Shown: positions 51,234 to 64,000 of the stretch, piece after piece
How the letters are laid out: every line of letters starts with the position of its first letter
Numbering within the stretch: the first letter of the stretch is position 1
NCBI GenBank assembly: GCA_964036045.1
Contig: OZ038378.1
Coordinates: forward strand, 59,644,001-59,708,000
Direction of reading: 5' to 3'
Origin: Eutreptiella sp. 'Long Island Sound 2002'
Taxonomy: Eukaryota > Protista > Euglenida
DNA: 64,000 nucleotides
Program-made: the position numbers and the translations under genes
The notes under the pieces: model-generated
What the model was told of the DNA's origin: nothing
Seen by the model: the letters and a program-made list of their open reading frames with translations, nothing else
Databases searched by the model: none

Positions 51234-52469
51234 AGCCCCCACCGCCCCCCCACTCTCCCGCCCCGCCTCTCTCAGGTGGCGAAGCCCCCGAGGCGGGCTG
51301 CCGCAGCCGCCGACGGACGGCCGCCTTGCGAACAAGAGGACCCCCGCACGCGGTGGGGGTCCAGGCCTTGCACCCCTTCCCCCTGCCACACGCATCATGG
51401 CGTTGCATGTGTCATACCTCCCTCCCTATGCACCATGTGTCATGGCCGCGAGTGGCCTTTGCCTCCCCTCCCCCACACCGAAACCGCACGGGGGGGGGGC
51501 GAAGGCCCCTGGGTGGGGCCCCCAGAACCCTTGCAGCTGCGCCTCCCGACTGGAGGGTGGTGGGGCCCGCCGGTGCGCGGTTCGAGCCCCCGCCACCCTC
51601 CATCCACCTGCCGCGACCCCCTGACCCCCCCCCCTGTCCCCCCCCTGTCCCCCACCCCGGCTGGGGCGGCGCGGCCCGCGCGCGCGGTTCGAGCCCGCGC
51701 CGCCCCTTGTTGCATTATACGGGCAGTGCGGGCCGCCAGGAGAGCGGAGGGGCCCCGCACTGCCCCGAGCGCCCCCCCCCACGACAGCTGGCGCTAAAGG
51801 CCAACAGGCACCTGGCGGGCTGTTGTGCAGGGGGGACGAGGCGACCGGGCGCTTCGTACCCGCCCCCAACGGGGTCTGTACCCACGGCACCGGCACAGAC
51901 CCCCGTTGGGGGGTAGCCACACCACCACCCACCACAGCACCACGGCCACGGGAGGAAGGGAATAGCCCCGGGCAACGGCCTCCCCCAGGCCGAAGGAGGG
52001 TGCCGACCGCCAGGCTCATCCTGGCCCCCCATTTCCTCTTCATTGTCATCCCCCTTGGCCGACCCGGCCCACACTCCCCGCGGCGGATAAGTTCCTGGGG
52101 TAGACCCCTAAGAACTTTGGTGACGGAAACACAGGTCGTGGTTTCGCACCCGGCGACGTGGGGAGCCTCCGCCCCCACGGGACCCCAGGGCACCCCGGCC
52201 ATCCCAGCCGGGGATAACCCGCCGCCAGCGCCCCAGCCCCCATCCCCAGGCTTTCCGGCCTCAGTTCCCCTGTGTCTTCCTCGGCACATCCTCGTAGTGA
52301 ACGGCTAGGTAGCAGGCCACACCCCCACACCATCCCATGGCACGCCCCCCACGCGCCCCACGCCGCCCCGGGCCTCCCACCAGGGGCCCGACTCTGGACC
52401 GTAGTCTGTCGAGCAGGGCCCCACACCCCCCGCCGCCCTCACGCCACCCCTCCCTCTACCCTACACGAC

Positions 52470-55400
52470 AGCCCCACGCCGCTGCGCACCTGCACAGCCC
52501 CCCGCTGCCGCGCCCCTGCGCAGCCCCACGCTGCGCCCCTTCGCATCCCCCCGCTGCTGCGCACCTGCATAGCCCCCCGCTGCCGCGCCCGTGCGCGGCC
52601 CCACGCTGCCGCGCCCCTGCGCAGCCCCACGCTGCTGCGCACCTGCACAGCCCCACACTGCTGCGCCCCTGCGCGGACCCACGCTGCTGCGCACCTGCAC
52701 AGCCCCACACTGCTGCGCCCCTGCGCAGCCCCACGCTGCTGCGCACCTGCACAGCCCCACACCGCTGCGCCCCTGCGCGGCCCCACGCTGCTGCGCCCCT
52801 GCGCAGCTCCGCGCCGCGCCCATACGCGGCCCCATGTTGCGCCCCTGCGCAGCCTCCCACCACTGCGCCGCCGCTCGCTGCGCCCCTGCAAGCCCCACGC
52901 TGCTGCGCCCCTGCGCAGCCCCACGCTGCGCCCCTGCGCAGCCCCGCACTGCGCCCTTGTAAAGCCGCGCGCTGCGCCCCAGCGCACCCCCATGCCGCTG
53001 CGCCCCTACGCAGCCCCCCCACCACCGCGCCGCCCCACACGGCTGCTCTGCGCAGCCCCACGCAGCAGCACCCCTGCGCAGCCCCACGCTGCTGCGCCCC
53101 CGCGCAGCTCCACGCTGCGCCCCTGCACAGCCCCATACTACACCTTTGCGCAACGCACAACCCAAGCGCTGCCCCACGCTACGCCCCTGCGTAGCCCCGC
53201 GCTGCTGCGCCCCTACGCAGCACCACGCAGCTGCGCCCCTGCGCAGTTCCACGCTACACCCCAGCGCAGCCCCACGCTGCTACGCCCCTGCACAGCCCCA
53301 CAGTGCTGCGCCCCTGCGCAGCCCCACGCTGCTGCGCCCCAGCGCAGCCCCGCACCGCTCCCCTGCGCGGCCGCACGCCGCGCCCATACGCGGCCCCACG
53401 CTGCGCCCCTGCGCAGCCCCGTGCGGCGCACCTGCGCAACCCCACACTGCTGCGCCCCTGCGCCGCACCGCACTGCAGCCCGGAGCAACCCCACGCTGCA
53501 CCCCTACACAGCCCCACGCTGCGCCCCTGCGCGGCCCCACACTGTTGCGCCCCTGCACGGCCCCATGCCGCGCCCCTGCGCAGCCCCACGCTGCTGTGCT
53601 CCTGCGCGGCCCCGCGCCGCGCCCCTGCACGGCCCCGCGCCGCACCCCTGCGCGGCCCCATGCTGCGCCCTGCGCAATTCCACGCTGCGCCCCTGCGCAG
53701 CCCCGCACCGCGCCCCTGCGCGGCCCCATGCTGCGCCCCTCCCTACCCAGCCCCACGCTGCACCCCTACCCAGCCCCACGCTGCGCCCCTGCGCAGCCCC
53801 CACGCAGCCCCACGCTGCGCCCCTGCGCAGCCCCGCACCGCGCCCCTGCGCGGCCCCATGCCGCGCCCATACGCGGCTTCACGCGGCACTCCTGCGCGGG
53901 CCCACGCTGCACCCCTGCCCAGCCCCTCGCTGCGCCCCTGCGCAGCCCCACGCTGCACCCCTGCGCGGCCCCACGCTGTTGCGCCCCTGCGCAACCCCGC
54001 GCTTCGCCCCTGCACAGCCCCACGCGGCGCCCCTGCGCAACCCCGCGCTGCGCCCCTGCGCAGCCCCGCACTGCTATGCCCCTGTGCCGCCCCAAAGCGT
54101 TGCGCCCCTGCGCAGCCCCACGCTGCGCCCTTACGCAGCCCCACGCTGCGCCCATGCGCAGCCCCACGCTGCTATTCCCCTGCACGGCCCCGTGCCGCGC
54201 CCCGGCGCAGCCCCACGCTGCTATGCCCCTGCGCAGCCCCACGCAGCTGCGCCCCTGCGCGGCCCCGCGCCGCGCCCCTGCACGGCCCCATGCCGCGCCC
54301 ATACGTGGCCCCCCGCTGCACTCCTGCGCGGCCCCACGCTGCGCCCCTGCCCAGCCCCGCGCTGCGCCCCTGCACAGCCCCACGTTGCTGCTCCCCTGCG
54401 CGGCCCCACGCTGCTGCGCCCCTGCGCAGCCCCGCGCTTCGCATCTGCGCAGCCCCACGCCCCGCCGCTGCGCAGCCCCGCGCTGCGCCCCTGCGCCGCA
54501 CCACGCTGCGCCCCTACGCAGCCCCACGCTGCGCCCCTGCGCGGCCCCACGCTGCCGCGCCCCTTCACGGCCCCATACCACGCCCCGGCGCAGCCCCACG
54601 CTGCTGCGCCCCTGCGCAGCCCCACGCTGTGCCCCTGCGCAGCCCCCCGCTGCTGCGCCCCTACTCAGCCCCCCGATGCGCCCCATTCGCGGCCCCACGC
54701 TGCGCCCCGGCGCAACCCCGTGCTGCTACGCCCCTGCGCAGCCCCACGCTGCTGCGCCTCTGCGCGGCCCTGCGCCGCGCCCCTTCACAGCCCCATGCCA
54801 CGCCCATACGCGGCCCCACGCTGCACTCCAGCGCGGCCCCACGCTGCGCCCCGGCCCAGCCCCGCGCTGCGCCCCTGCGCGGCCCCACGCTGCTGCTCCT
54901 CTGCGCGGCCCCACGCTGCTGCGCCCCTGCGCGGCCCCACGCTGCGCCCCGGCCCAGCCCCGCGCTGCGCCCCCGCGCAGCCCCACGCTGCGCCCCAGCG
55001 CAGCCCACCGCTGCTGCGCCCCTGCACAGCCTGACGCCGCGCCCATGCGCGGCCCCACACTGCACTCCTCCGCGGCCCCACGCTGCGCCCCTGCCCAGCC
55101 CCGCGCTGCGCCCTTGCCCAGCCGCACGCTGTGCCCCTGAGCAGCCCCACACTACTGCGCCCCTACGCACCCCCACGTTACGCCCCTGTGCTGCCCCACG
55201 CTGCGCCCCTGCTCAGCCCCACGCTGCTGCTCCCCTGCGCGGCCCCCCGCTGCTGCGCCCCTACGCAGCCCCACGCTGCTGCGCCCCTGCACGGCCCCAC
55301 GCTGCACCCCTACACAGCCCCACGCTGCGCCCCTGCGCGGCCCCACACTGTTGCGCCCCTGCACGGCCCCATGCTGCGCCCCTGCGCAGCCCCACGCTGC

Positions 55401-58400
55401 TGCGCTCCTGCGAGGCCCCGCGCCGCGCCCCTGCACGGCCCCGCGCCGCACCCCTGCGCGGCCCCATGCTGCGCCCCTGCGCAGCCTCACGCTGCGCCCC
55501 TGCGCAGCCCCGCACCGCGCCCCTGCGCGGCCCCATGCTGCGCCCCTACCCAGCCCCACGCTGCACCCCTACCCAGCCCCACGCTGCGCCCCTGCGCAGC
55601 CCCCACGCAGCCCCACGCTGCGCCCCTGCGCAGCCCCCACGCAGCCCCACGCTGCGCCCCTGCGCAGACCCGCACTGTGCCCCTGCGCGGCCCCATGCCG
55701 CGCCCATACGCGGCCCCACGCGGCACTCCTGCGCGGGCCCACGCTGCACCCCTGCCCAGCCCCTCGCTGCGCCCCTGCGCAGCCCCGCGCTGCACCCCTG
55801 CGCGGCCCCACGCTGTTGCGCCCCTGCGCAACCCCGCGCTTCGCCCCTGCGGAGCCCCACGCGGCTCCCCTGCGCAACCCCGCGCTGCGCCCTTGCGCAG
55901 CCCCGCACTGATATGCTCCTGTGCCGCCCCAAAGCGTTGCGCCCCTGCGCAGCCCCACGCTGCGCCCCTACGCAGCCCCACGCTGCGCCCCTGCGCAGCC
56001 CCACGCTGCGGCGCCCCTGCACGGCCCCGTGCCGCGCCCCGGCGCAGCCCCACGCTGCTACGCCCCTGCGCAGCCCGACGCAGTTGTGCCCCTGCGCGGC
56101 CCCGCGTCGCGCCCCTGCACGGCCCCGTGCCGCGCCCATACGCGGCCCCACGCTGCACTCCTGCGCGGCCCCACGCTGCGCCCCTGCCCAGCCTCGCGCT
56201 GCGCCCCTGCACAGCCCCACGCTACTGCTCCCGTGCGCGGCCCCACGCTCCTGCGCCCCTGCGCAGCCCCGCGCTTCGCATCTGCGCAGCCCCACGCTGC
56301 GCCCCTGCGCAGCCCCGCGCTGCGCCCCTGCACAGCCCGTCGCTGCTGCTCCCCTGCGCGGCCCCACGCTGCTGCGCCCTTGCGCAGCCCCGCGTTTCGC
56401 ATCTGCGCAGCCCCATGCCGCGCCCCTGCGCAGCCCCGCGCTGCGCCCCTGCGCCGCACCACGCTGCGCCCCTACGCAGCCCCACGCTGCGCCCCTGCGC
56501 GGCCCCACGCTGCTGCGCCCCTTCACGGCCCCATACCACGCCCCGGCGCAGCCCCACGCTGTTGCGCTCCTGCGCAGCCCCACGCTGCGCCCCTGCGCAG
56601 CCCCACGCTGCGCCCCTGCGCAGCCCCACGCTGCGCCCCTGCGCGGCCCCACGCTGCTGCGCCCCTTCACGGCCCCATACCACGCCCCGGCGCAGCCCCA
56701 CGCTGTTGCGCCCCTGCGCAGCCCCACGCTGCGCCCCTGCGCAGCCCCACGCTGCTGCGCCCCTACTGAGCCCCCCGCTACGCCACATTCGCGGCCCCAC
56801 GCTGCGCCCCGGCGCAACCCCGCGCTGCTACGCCCCTCCGCAGCCCCACGCTGCTGCGCCCCTGCGCGGCCCTGCGCCGCGCCCCTTCACGGCCCCATGC
56901 CACGCCCATACGCGGCCCCACGCTGCACTCCTGCGCGGCCCCACATTGCGCCCCGGCCCAGCCCCGCGCTGCGCCCCTGCGCGGCCCCACGCTGCTGCTC
57001 CCCTGCGCGGCCCCACGCTGCTGCGCCCCTGCGCAGCCCCAGACTGCTACGCCCCGGCGCCGCCCCACACTGCTTTGCCCCTGCGCCGCCGCACGCTGCG
57101 CCCCCGTGCAGCCCCACGCTGCGCCCCTGCGCAGCCCCGCGCCGCGCCCCTGCGCGGCCCCATGGCGCACCCATGCGCGGCCCCACGCCGCGCTCCTACG
57201 CGGCCCCACGCTGCACCCTTCCGCGGCCGCACGTTGCGCCCCTGCGCTGCCCCACGCTGCTGCGCCCCTACGCAGCCCCGCGCTGCTGCGCCCCTGCACC
57301 GCTCCACACTGCTACGCCCTCGGGAGCCCTCGCCCAGCCCCCGGGAGCCTCTCGGTGTTCGCCCCCGAGCCCGCCCGGCCCTTTCACCTCCCCCCTCACC
57401 AGCCGCAACCCAGGGGCCTGCCCGGTCTCCCCCAGCCCCGGTGCCCAGCCCCGCCCGCCCCCCCGGTATCCATCCGGCGTGGCCCGTCCCGGTCCGGTTC
57501 GGCCGCGAGGGGACGGCGTGGCGCTCCCCCCCGCCTCCACCAGGATTCGCCCCCGTGGATGATGCTCGGCGGGATTCGTCCCCGCCGAGCGGGGTGCGGG
57601 CCCCACCGCTGACCGCGGCCCCCCCCACACCTCGACCGCCCGGGGCTCCCCGGCCGACTTTGGCCAGCCCCGGCCGCTCCTCTGCCCGGTCGGCCGCACG
57701 GCGACGCTCTACGGCTGAGCTCACCGCACCCCCGTCTCCCTCGCGCGCGCGCCCACCCACCAGCCCACAGCCCCCCCCCCCCCCCCCCCAACGTGCACGC
57801 CGTGACCCCAACGCCCCCCCACGCTGCTGCTCCACTGCGCGGCCCCCTGCTGCTGCGCCCCTACGCAGCCCCACACTGATGCGCCCCGGCGCCCCCCCCC
57901 ACATCGCTGCTCCCCTGCGCAGCCCCACGCTGCTGCGCCCCTGCGCAGCCCCGCGCTGCGCCCCTGCGCCGCCCCACACTGCTGCGCCCCTTCGCCGCAC
58001 CACGCTGCGCCCCCGCGTAGCCCCACGCTGCGCCCCTACTCAGTCCCACGCTGCGCCCCTGCGCAGCCCCACGCTGCTGCGCCCCTTCACGGCCCCATGC
58101 CGCGCCCCGGCGCAGCCCCACGCTGCTGCGCCCCTGCGCAACGCCACGCTGCGCCCCTGCGCAGCCCCACGCCGCGCCCCTGCGCAGCCCCGCGCTCCGC
58201 CCATGCGCGGCCCCACAGTGCAGTCCTGCGCGGCCCCACGCTGCGCCCCTGCACAGCCCCACACTACTGCGCCCCTGCGCAGCCCCACGTTACGCCCCTG
58301 CGCTGCCCCGCGCTGCGCCCCTGCGCTGCCCCACGCTGCGCCCCTGCTCAGCCCCGCGCTGCTGCGCCCCTGCGCCGCCCCACGCTGCGCCCCTGCGCAG

Positions 58401-59690
58401 CCCCACGCTACTGCGTCCCTGCACGGCCCCGCGCTGCGCCCCTGCGCAGCCCCGCGCCGCGCCCCTGCGCGGCCCCATGCCGCGCCCATACGCGGCCCCA
58501 CGCCGCGCTCCTACGCGGCCCCACGCTGCACCCCTACGCGGCCGCACGCTGCACCACCTGCGCAGCCCCACGCTGCGCCCCTGCGCAGCCCCGCGCTGCT
58601 GCGCCCCTGCACCGCCCCACACCGCTATGCCCCTGCACCGCACCACGCTGCGCCCCTGCGCAGCCCCACGCTGATGCGCCCCTGCGCGGCCCCACGCTGC
58701 GCCCCTGCGCAGCCCCGCGCCGCGCCCCTGCGCGGCCCCATGCCGCGCCCGTACGCGGCCCCACGCCGCGCTCCTACGCGGCCCCACGCTGCACCCCTGC
58801 GCGGCCGCACGCTGCACCCCTGCACAGCCCCACGCTGCGCCCCTGCGCCACCCCACGCTGCGCCCCTGCGCAGCCCCACGCTACTGCGCCCCTGCACGGC
58901 CCCGCGCTGCGCCCCTGCGCAGCCCCGCGCCGCGCCCCTGCGCGGCCCCATGCCGCGCCCATACGCGGCCCCACGCCGCGCTCCTACGCGGCCCCACGCT
59001 GCACCCCTACGCGGCCGCACGCTGCACCACCTGCGCAGCCCCACGCTGCGCCCCTGCGCAGCCCCGCGCTGCTGCGCCCCTGCACCGCCCCACACCGCTA
59101 TGCCCCTGCACCGCACCACGCTGCGCCCCTGCGCAGCCCCACGCTGATGCGCCCCTGCGCGGCCCCACGCTGCGCCCCTGCGCAGCCCCGCGCCGTGCCC
59201 CTGCGCGGCCCCATGCCGCGCCCGTACGCGGCCCCACGCTGCACCCCTGCGCGGCCGCACGCTGCACCCCTGCACAGCCCCACGCTGCGCCCCTGCGCAG
59301 CCCCGCGCTACTGCGCACGTGCACCGCCCCACACTGCGCCCCTGCACCGCACCACGCTGCGCCCCTGCGCAGCCCCTACGGAGCCCCACGCTGCGCCCCT
59401 GCGCCGCCCCACACGGCTGCGCCCCTGCACCGCCCCACACGGCTGCGCCCCTGCGCAGCCCCTACGCAGCCCCCTGTTGCGCCCCTGCGCAGCCCCGCGC
59501 CACGCCCCTGCGCGGCCCCACACTACTGCGCCCCTGCGCCGCCCCACACTACTGCGCCCCCGCACCGCAGCACGCTGCGCCCCTGCGCAGCCCCTACGTA
59601 GCCCCACCCTGCGCCCCTGCGCGGCCCCACGCTGCTGCGCCTGTGCGAGGCCCCATGCCGCGCCCCGGCGCAGCCCCACGCTGCGCCCTT
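52470..59690. repeat. ~7.2-kb GC-rich minisatellite, 23/26-bp unit (GCT)GCTGCGCCCCTGCGCAGCCCCAC, roughly 280-300 units
   Basis: Seen directly. Internal block duplications (about 53560-54170 versus 55420-56030). Interrupted by repeat copy 2. Confidence 0.95.
57316..57802 (+). repeat. GC-rich ~500-bp repeat, copy 2
   Basis: Matches 50720-51233. Confidence 0.85.
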
Positions 59691-59699
59691 GCCGCTAGT

Positions 59700-60250
59700 C
59701 CCGCCGCCCACAGAGGGGCCCTCATCGGGCGCGCCGGAGCCCTTGCACACGCGCCCCCCGCAGCCTGGCCTGCGCGGCGCGCGTGCCCTCGGCACGCCCG
59801 CCGACCCCATGGAGTGGGGCTCTCAGGGCCGCCGCCGACCACCCGCCGGTCCGCCCGCGCCGCCCCGCGGCCGCCACGGGCCCCGCACCCGCATGGCGCC
59901 CCTTCCACCTCGGCCGCCCGCCGCTACCCACGCGCCCGGCCCCGGCCTCGGCCCCCAGGCCACGCTTCCAGCTTGCCGCAGGTCCCGCGGCCCGCAGCGG
60001 GGCCCGCATCGGGCGCGCCGACCCCCTTGCACATGCGCCCCCCACGGCCTGGCCTGCGCGGCGCGCCCGCCCCGGGCGCGCCCGCCGACCCCATGGAGTC
60101 GGGCTCTTAGGGCCACCGCCGGCCGCCGGCCGGTACGCCCACACCGCCCCGCGACAGCCACGGGCCCCGCACCCGCATGGCGCCGCCTCCGCCTCGGCCG
60201 CCCGCCGCTACCCACGCGCCCGGCCCAGGCCTGGACCCCCCCGCCGGCCG
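59700..60250 (+). repeat. ~285-bp GC-rich tandem duplication
   Basis: CATCGGGCGCGCCG at ~59722 and ~60007; CACCCGCATGGCGCC at ~59887 and ~60170. Confidence 0.8.
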
Positions 60251-60725
60251 TGCCGCGCGGCCTCCCGCACACGGGACACAGGGACGGGCACCAGATAATA
60301 GCCCATACATAGTCCCCGCCCCCTCCACCCCCTTACACCAGCTCCGCACGGGACGTAGCCCCCTCCCCTGTCGCGGGGCAGTGGCGGCTGGAAGCAAGGG
60401 GAACCGGGGCCCTGCAGGTCCCCGGACAGGTGGTCCCTCCATACCGCCCCCCATCCCGCCTCCGTTTCGCGCAGGTGCGCACGCCCTCCCCCCACGGCGG
60501 GGGAGGGAACCAGGGTCACACGGACAGGTGGTCCCTCTCACAGCGACGCGCGCCCCCTCCCCCCCAGACAGAAGGCGGAACCCCCCCCCCCCCCCCCTCA
60601 GTCGTTGTCGGCACACGCCCGGCCAGCGTGACGCCGGCCGACTGCTCCCTTGCGCCCTGCCCAGGGAGAGCGTGTCTGGCAATTTCTCCCGCCGGCACGT
60701 GCTGGGTGCCCTAACAACAACAACA

Positions 60726-61181
60726 ACATACATACATACATACATACATACATACATACATACATACATACATACATACATACATACATACATACATACA
60801 TACATACATACATACATACATACATACATACATACATACATACATACATACATACATACATACATACATACATACATACATACATACATACATACATACA
60901 TACATACATACATACATACATACATACATACATACATACATACATACATACATACATACATACATACATACATACATACATACATACATACATACATACA
61001 TACATACATACATACATACATACATACATACATACATACATACATACATACATACATACATACATACATACATACATACATACATACATACATACATACA
61101 TACATACATACATACATACATACATACATACATACATACATACATACATACATACATACATACATACATACATACATACAT
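60726..61181 (+). repeat. (ACAT)114 microsatellite, preceded by (AAC)5
   Basis: Perfect 456-bp array. Confidence 0.97.
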
Positions 61182-61189
61182 AGCCCCGG

Positions 61190-61830
61190 TTATAGCCACT
61201 TGTCATGCCGTCTGCTGGAGCTACCGGGCATCTCGCACCGATAGGTGGTTCCTGCCTTGCTTGATCCCGTGGGTCCCAGGGCTGCTTTAGGTGGCCGACA
61301 ACATGACAAAGGACCCAGCGGGTGCGTGAACAGGCGCCACGCGAGGAGTAACTGCAGGGCGTAGTGGGGGGGGCAGTGGTGCTGGAGGTGGGCGGCGGAG
61401 TCCGGGTAGGGGCGGTGGCAGAAGGGGCACGTCACGCCTCCGTAGCCGGGGGGGTGGTCCTGGGAGTGAAGTAGCCGGAGGTGCATGATGCGGTGGAGGG
61501 CCAGCGCCGGGATCTCGGCGCGTTCATACGCGAGGCGGAGTAGGTGGGAGGACCAGCCTGGGGGCAGGGGCCGGAGGTGCTGTGCGTGGGTGCAGGCGGT
61601 GGTGGCCGCATACGCTGCCTCTGCGGCGCGTGCGGGGTTAAGGAAGATCGCGCCCTCATGGAGCGCCACGATGCGGCCGTGGAAGAGTGCGGACCAGGGG
61701 AGGGTCCTCGGGGAGGCGGTGTGGAGCTACCGCGCATCTCGCACCGATAGGTGGTTCCTGCCTTGCTTGATCCCGTGGGTCCCAGGGCTGCTTTAGGTGG
61801 CCGACAACATGACAAAGGATCCAGAGGTCC
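61190..61830 (-). mobile_element. 3' relic of a non-LTR retrotransposon with Zn knuckle and a ~100-bp internal direct repeat
   Basis: Minus-strand ORF carries CPFCHRPYPDSAAHLQHHC. 61216-61318 is repeated at 61722-61824. The element abuts the (TATG)n array on its 3' side. Confidence 0.55.
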
Positions 61831-64000
61831 GGGAATACTAGCCAACCATAATTTGGGGGCACTGGCAAATGCAGAGCATTAGCATTAGCAACGGCGACGA
61901 GCCTTGGCCCGTTGAATTGCCGGGGGTGAGGGGGCAACGCATGGCAATCCAGCAACACAGCACCAAGCAGCAAGCAAGGGCGCTTCCCATGGGTGCACTG
62001 CGGCAACCAAGATACAAAGCAGCACACATGCGGAGAAACAAGGTAAGGCCCCGTCTTGGTGTTCTTTCCGGATGTCCCCCACCATGTAATCCCCTCTGCC
62101 CACTTGCACCCTGAGCCCCCTCTCGGTATCGTGCATGCAATAGCCCATGATACTTGTATGCGGGGTTTGTGCAGTGCTCCATCCTAGCCCGGCCCGCAGC
62201 CTTCATTGCCCCCATGTCCGTGTCGCACAGGTCATCAGTACGTGGAGCCCATCTCGGGCACCACACACGCATCTCCTGCCCAAGATACATTAATTCATAT
62301 ATGCACAAGAGAACGTTCCATCGCCACCTAAAGACATTAGCCGCACCTGTTGTAGTCCTCCATTGCACCCCATATATAGATGACTGTGTCCTATCCCAAT
62401 AGGGTTTCGTCCGAGCGAGCCCGCTTCCTCTGGACATCCTCTCATATACTGTAATATGAGGGTCAGGAGGGGGGATGCCGGGCACCCCGCGGCATGAGAG
62501 GCACAACCCGTGAAAATCGCTTGCTGTGATTCGGGCTAGTGGGTGCCGTAGCTTGCTTATCAACCCCTTGTAGGGGTACCCACTAGAGGTTGGCCCGGGC
62601 CGTGATAACGACGTGCACCTCGTCTAGCCCGCATACAATGCCCTAGCGCCTACCCTTGACCCTTACCTGCACCGATTCGCCAGCTCCCGTGGTTTTGCCA
62701 TCTCCATCACATTGGTGGCCAGACCACAGGTTCGGCAACCACCGAAGACGTGGCATGCCTACTTATAGCATTGGCCTTTGCCTCACCCCTTGCACCTCTC
62801 ATACAGGCATTGTGTACGATCGGACACCACGGGCTGCTCTTGTCATGCCACCCGTGCTACCTGTGCCGTTCGGCCATACCCTACACTCAGGTCATATATA
62901 ACCCCTCGGCATCGCCCACACCGCCAAGCCTGTGGGACACAGTGCTTACTGCCACCGCCTTCGCCTTGTCCCACCGCACGCACACACCGCCATCGTGCCC
63001 CGCCTGGCCACTTGTCGCCGCGCACGAACACCACTTGTCGCTTTTTCATATTGTGTAAGCGTAGCCCACATAATGCTTTGAGGACCCCAAACAATCCCTA
63101 TTTTTCCGGTACAAATTTGGTACCCCTACATATCCCTGTCGGCCCAAAGTTGAGCCACCACAAAGCGAGGGTGACGGTCATGGGGCCCAAGAGTTTTGGC
63201 TTGGGGTAAAATTCGTCAAAAGGACCTTCCAATTTTTCTAGGAATAGTAGCAATAGCACAGGTAGCAAAGGCTTGCAATGCTTCTACTCGTGACCATTGG
63301 TTTTGCTTTTGCGGGAAACATTCGTCCAAATCAGTGCGGCCAAGCAGTAGCACGTTTGAGCAACGCTGCAAGACCGGCCCGCAACACTTGCGCTTCATGC
63401 AAGAGAATCACCTCCTTCAACCACGGGAACGCACATTGTTGACTTTTTTCCCGGCAAAACGGTCCATTCGCAATCTCAGCCCGCAATCAACCCCTACCAT
63501 TCCTGCAGCGACAAGCACCCCAATTACCGAGCAATGCGTTGTGCCTGCAGAATTGCCACTGCCAAACCCACCTTGTCCGAAAGTGCTCCCATTCGGAATC
63601 AAAGATGCAAACCATTTACGGCAAGCATATCCACTATAACGCCACTGGCATCATTGTGTAAACCAGTTGTACACAACAAGTCAAGCAAGTGCCCCGTACT
63701 AGGATGTCTTGATTGGGTGTTGTGATACAACATGGAGCGGCACATGAAGGTGGATGAAGAGCACTCCAACTTTGAAGCCTCTCCCTGGGAGCAAGAATTG
63801 TGGCGGCTCTTCTTGGCTCAGCAACGCGCTTTTGAGGTAGGGGAAACCGCCAACAATGCAACCCAAAAGGTAGCACATGTTGTCAAAAGGCAGAAGGACA
63901 CGAAAACTAGCAAAAAACTCCGCGGTGTGTCATTGCAACGGGAGGCAGTGGCCAAAGCGGATGTATGCCGGCAATGGGCGTTGCGCCTAGGCGACCAAGA

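Noticed and set aside
52470-59690. CRISPR array (palindromic 23-26-bp repeats)
   Set aside because: Units are directly tandem with no unique spacers, no cas genes are present, and the context is eukaryotic.
52272-59698. Very long ORFs (920, 664, 1419, 1338 and 533 aa) as proteins
   Set aside because: They overlap in several frames and on both strands of a minisatellite that lacks stop codons, so they are compositional artefacts.
60107-61244. MYVC / HTYI repeat ORFs (also at 36.7 kb and 50.3 kb)
   Set aside because: These are translations of (TACA)n.

Overview
Repeat-dense eukaryotic nuclear DNA with no confidently identified host gene. It is probably from a euglenid, because a 24/26-nt match to the Euglena-type spliced leader (SL) occurs at 20316-20341. 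That SL sits at the 5' end of a near full-length, pseudogenised L1-like retrotransposon (ORF1, then APE endonuclease, RT, Zn knuckle and RNase H; about 20.3-26.6 kb). A second decayed LINE (APE at 7.5-8.9 kb; RT and RNase H at 16.1-19.6 kb) is split by a 7.17-kb insertion with 15-bp perfect terminal inverted repeats, which holds a hAT transposase relic. Also present are Ty3/gypsy-type relics (37.5-44.6 kb, minus strand), a ~180-bp satellite family with a conserved monomer order, 60-bp, 82-bp and 12-bp tandem repeats, a ~7-kb GC-rich hairpin minisatellite and three (TACA)n arrays. Old TE relics show a CAG>TAG / CTG>CTA decay signature. Almost all ORFs in the supplied track are artefacts of low-complexity or GC-rich DNA. 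All domain calls come from motifs recognised by eye, not from database searches.
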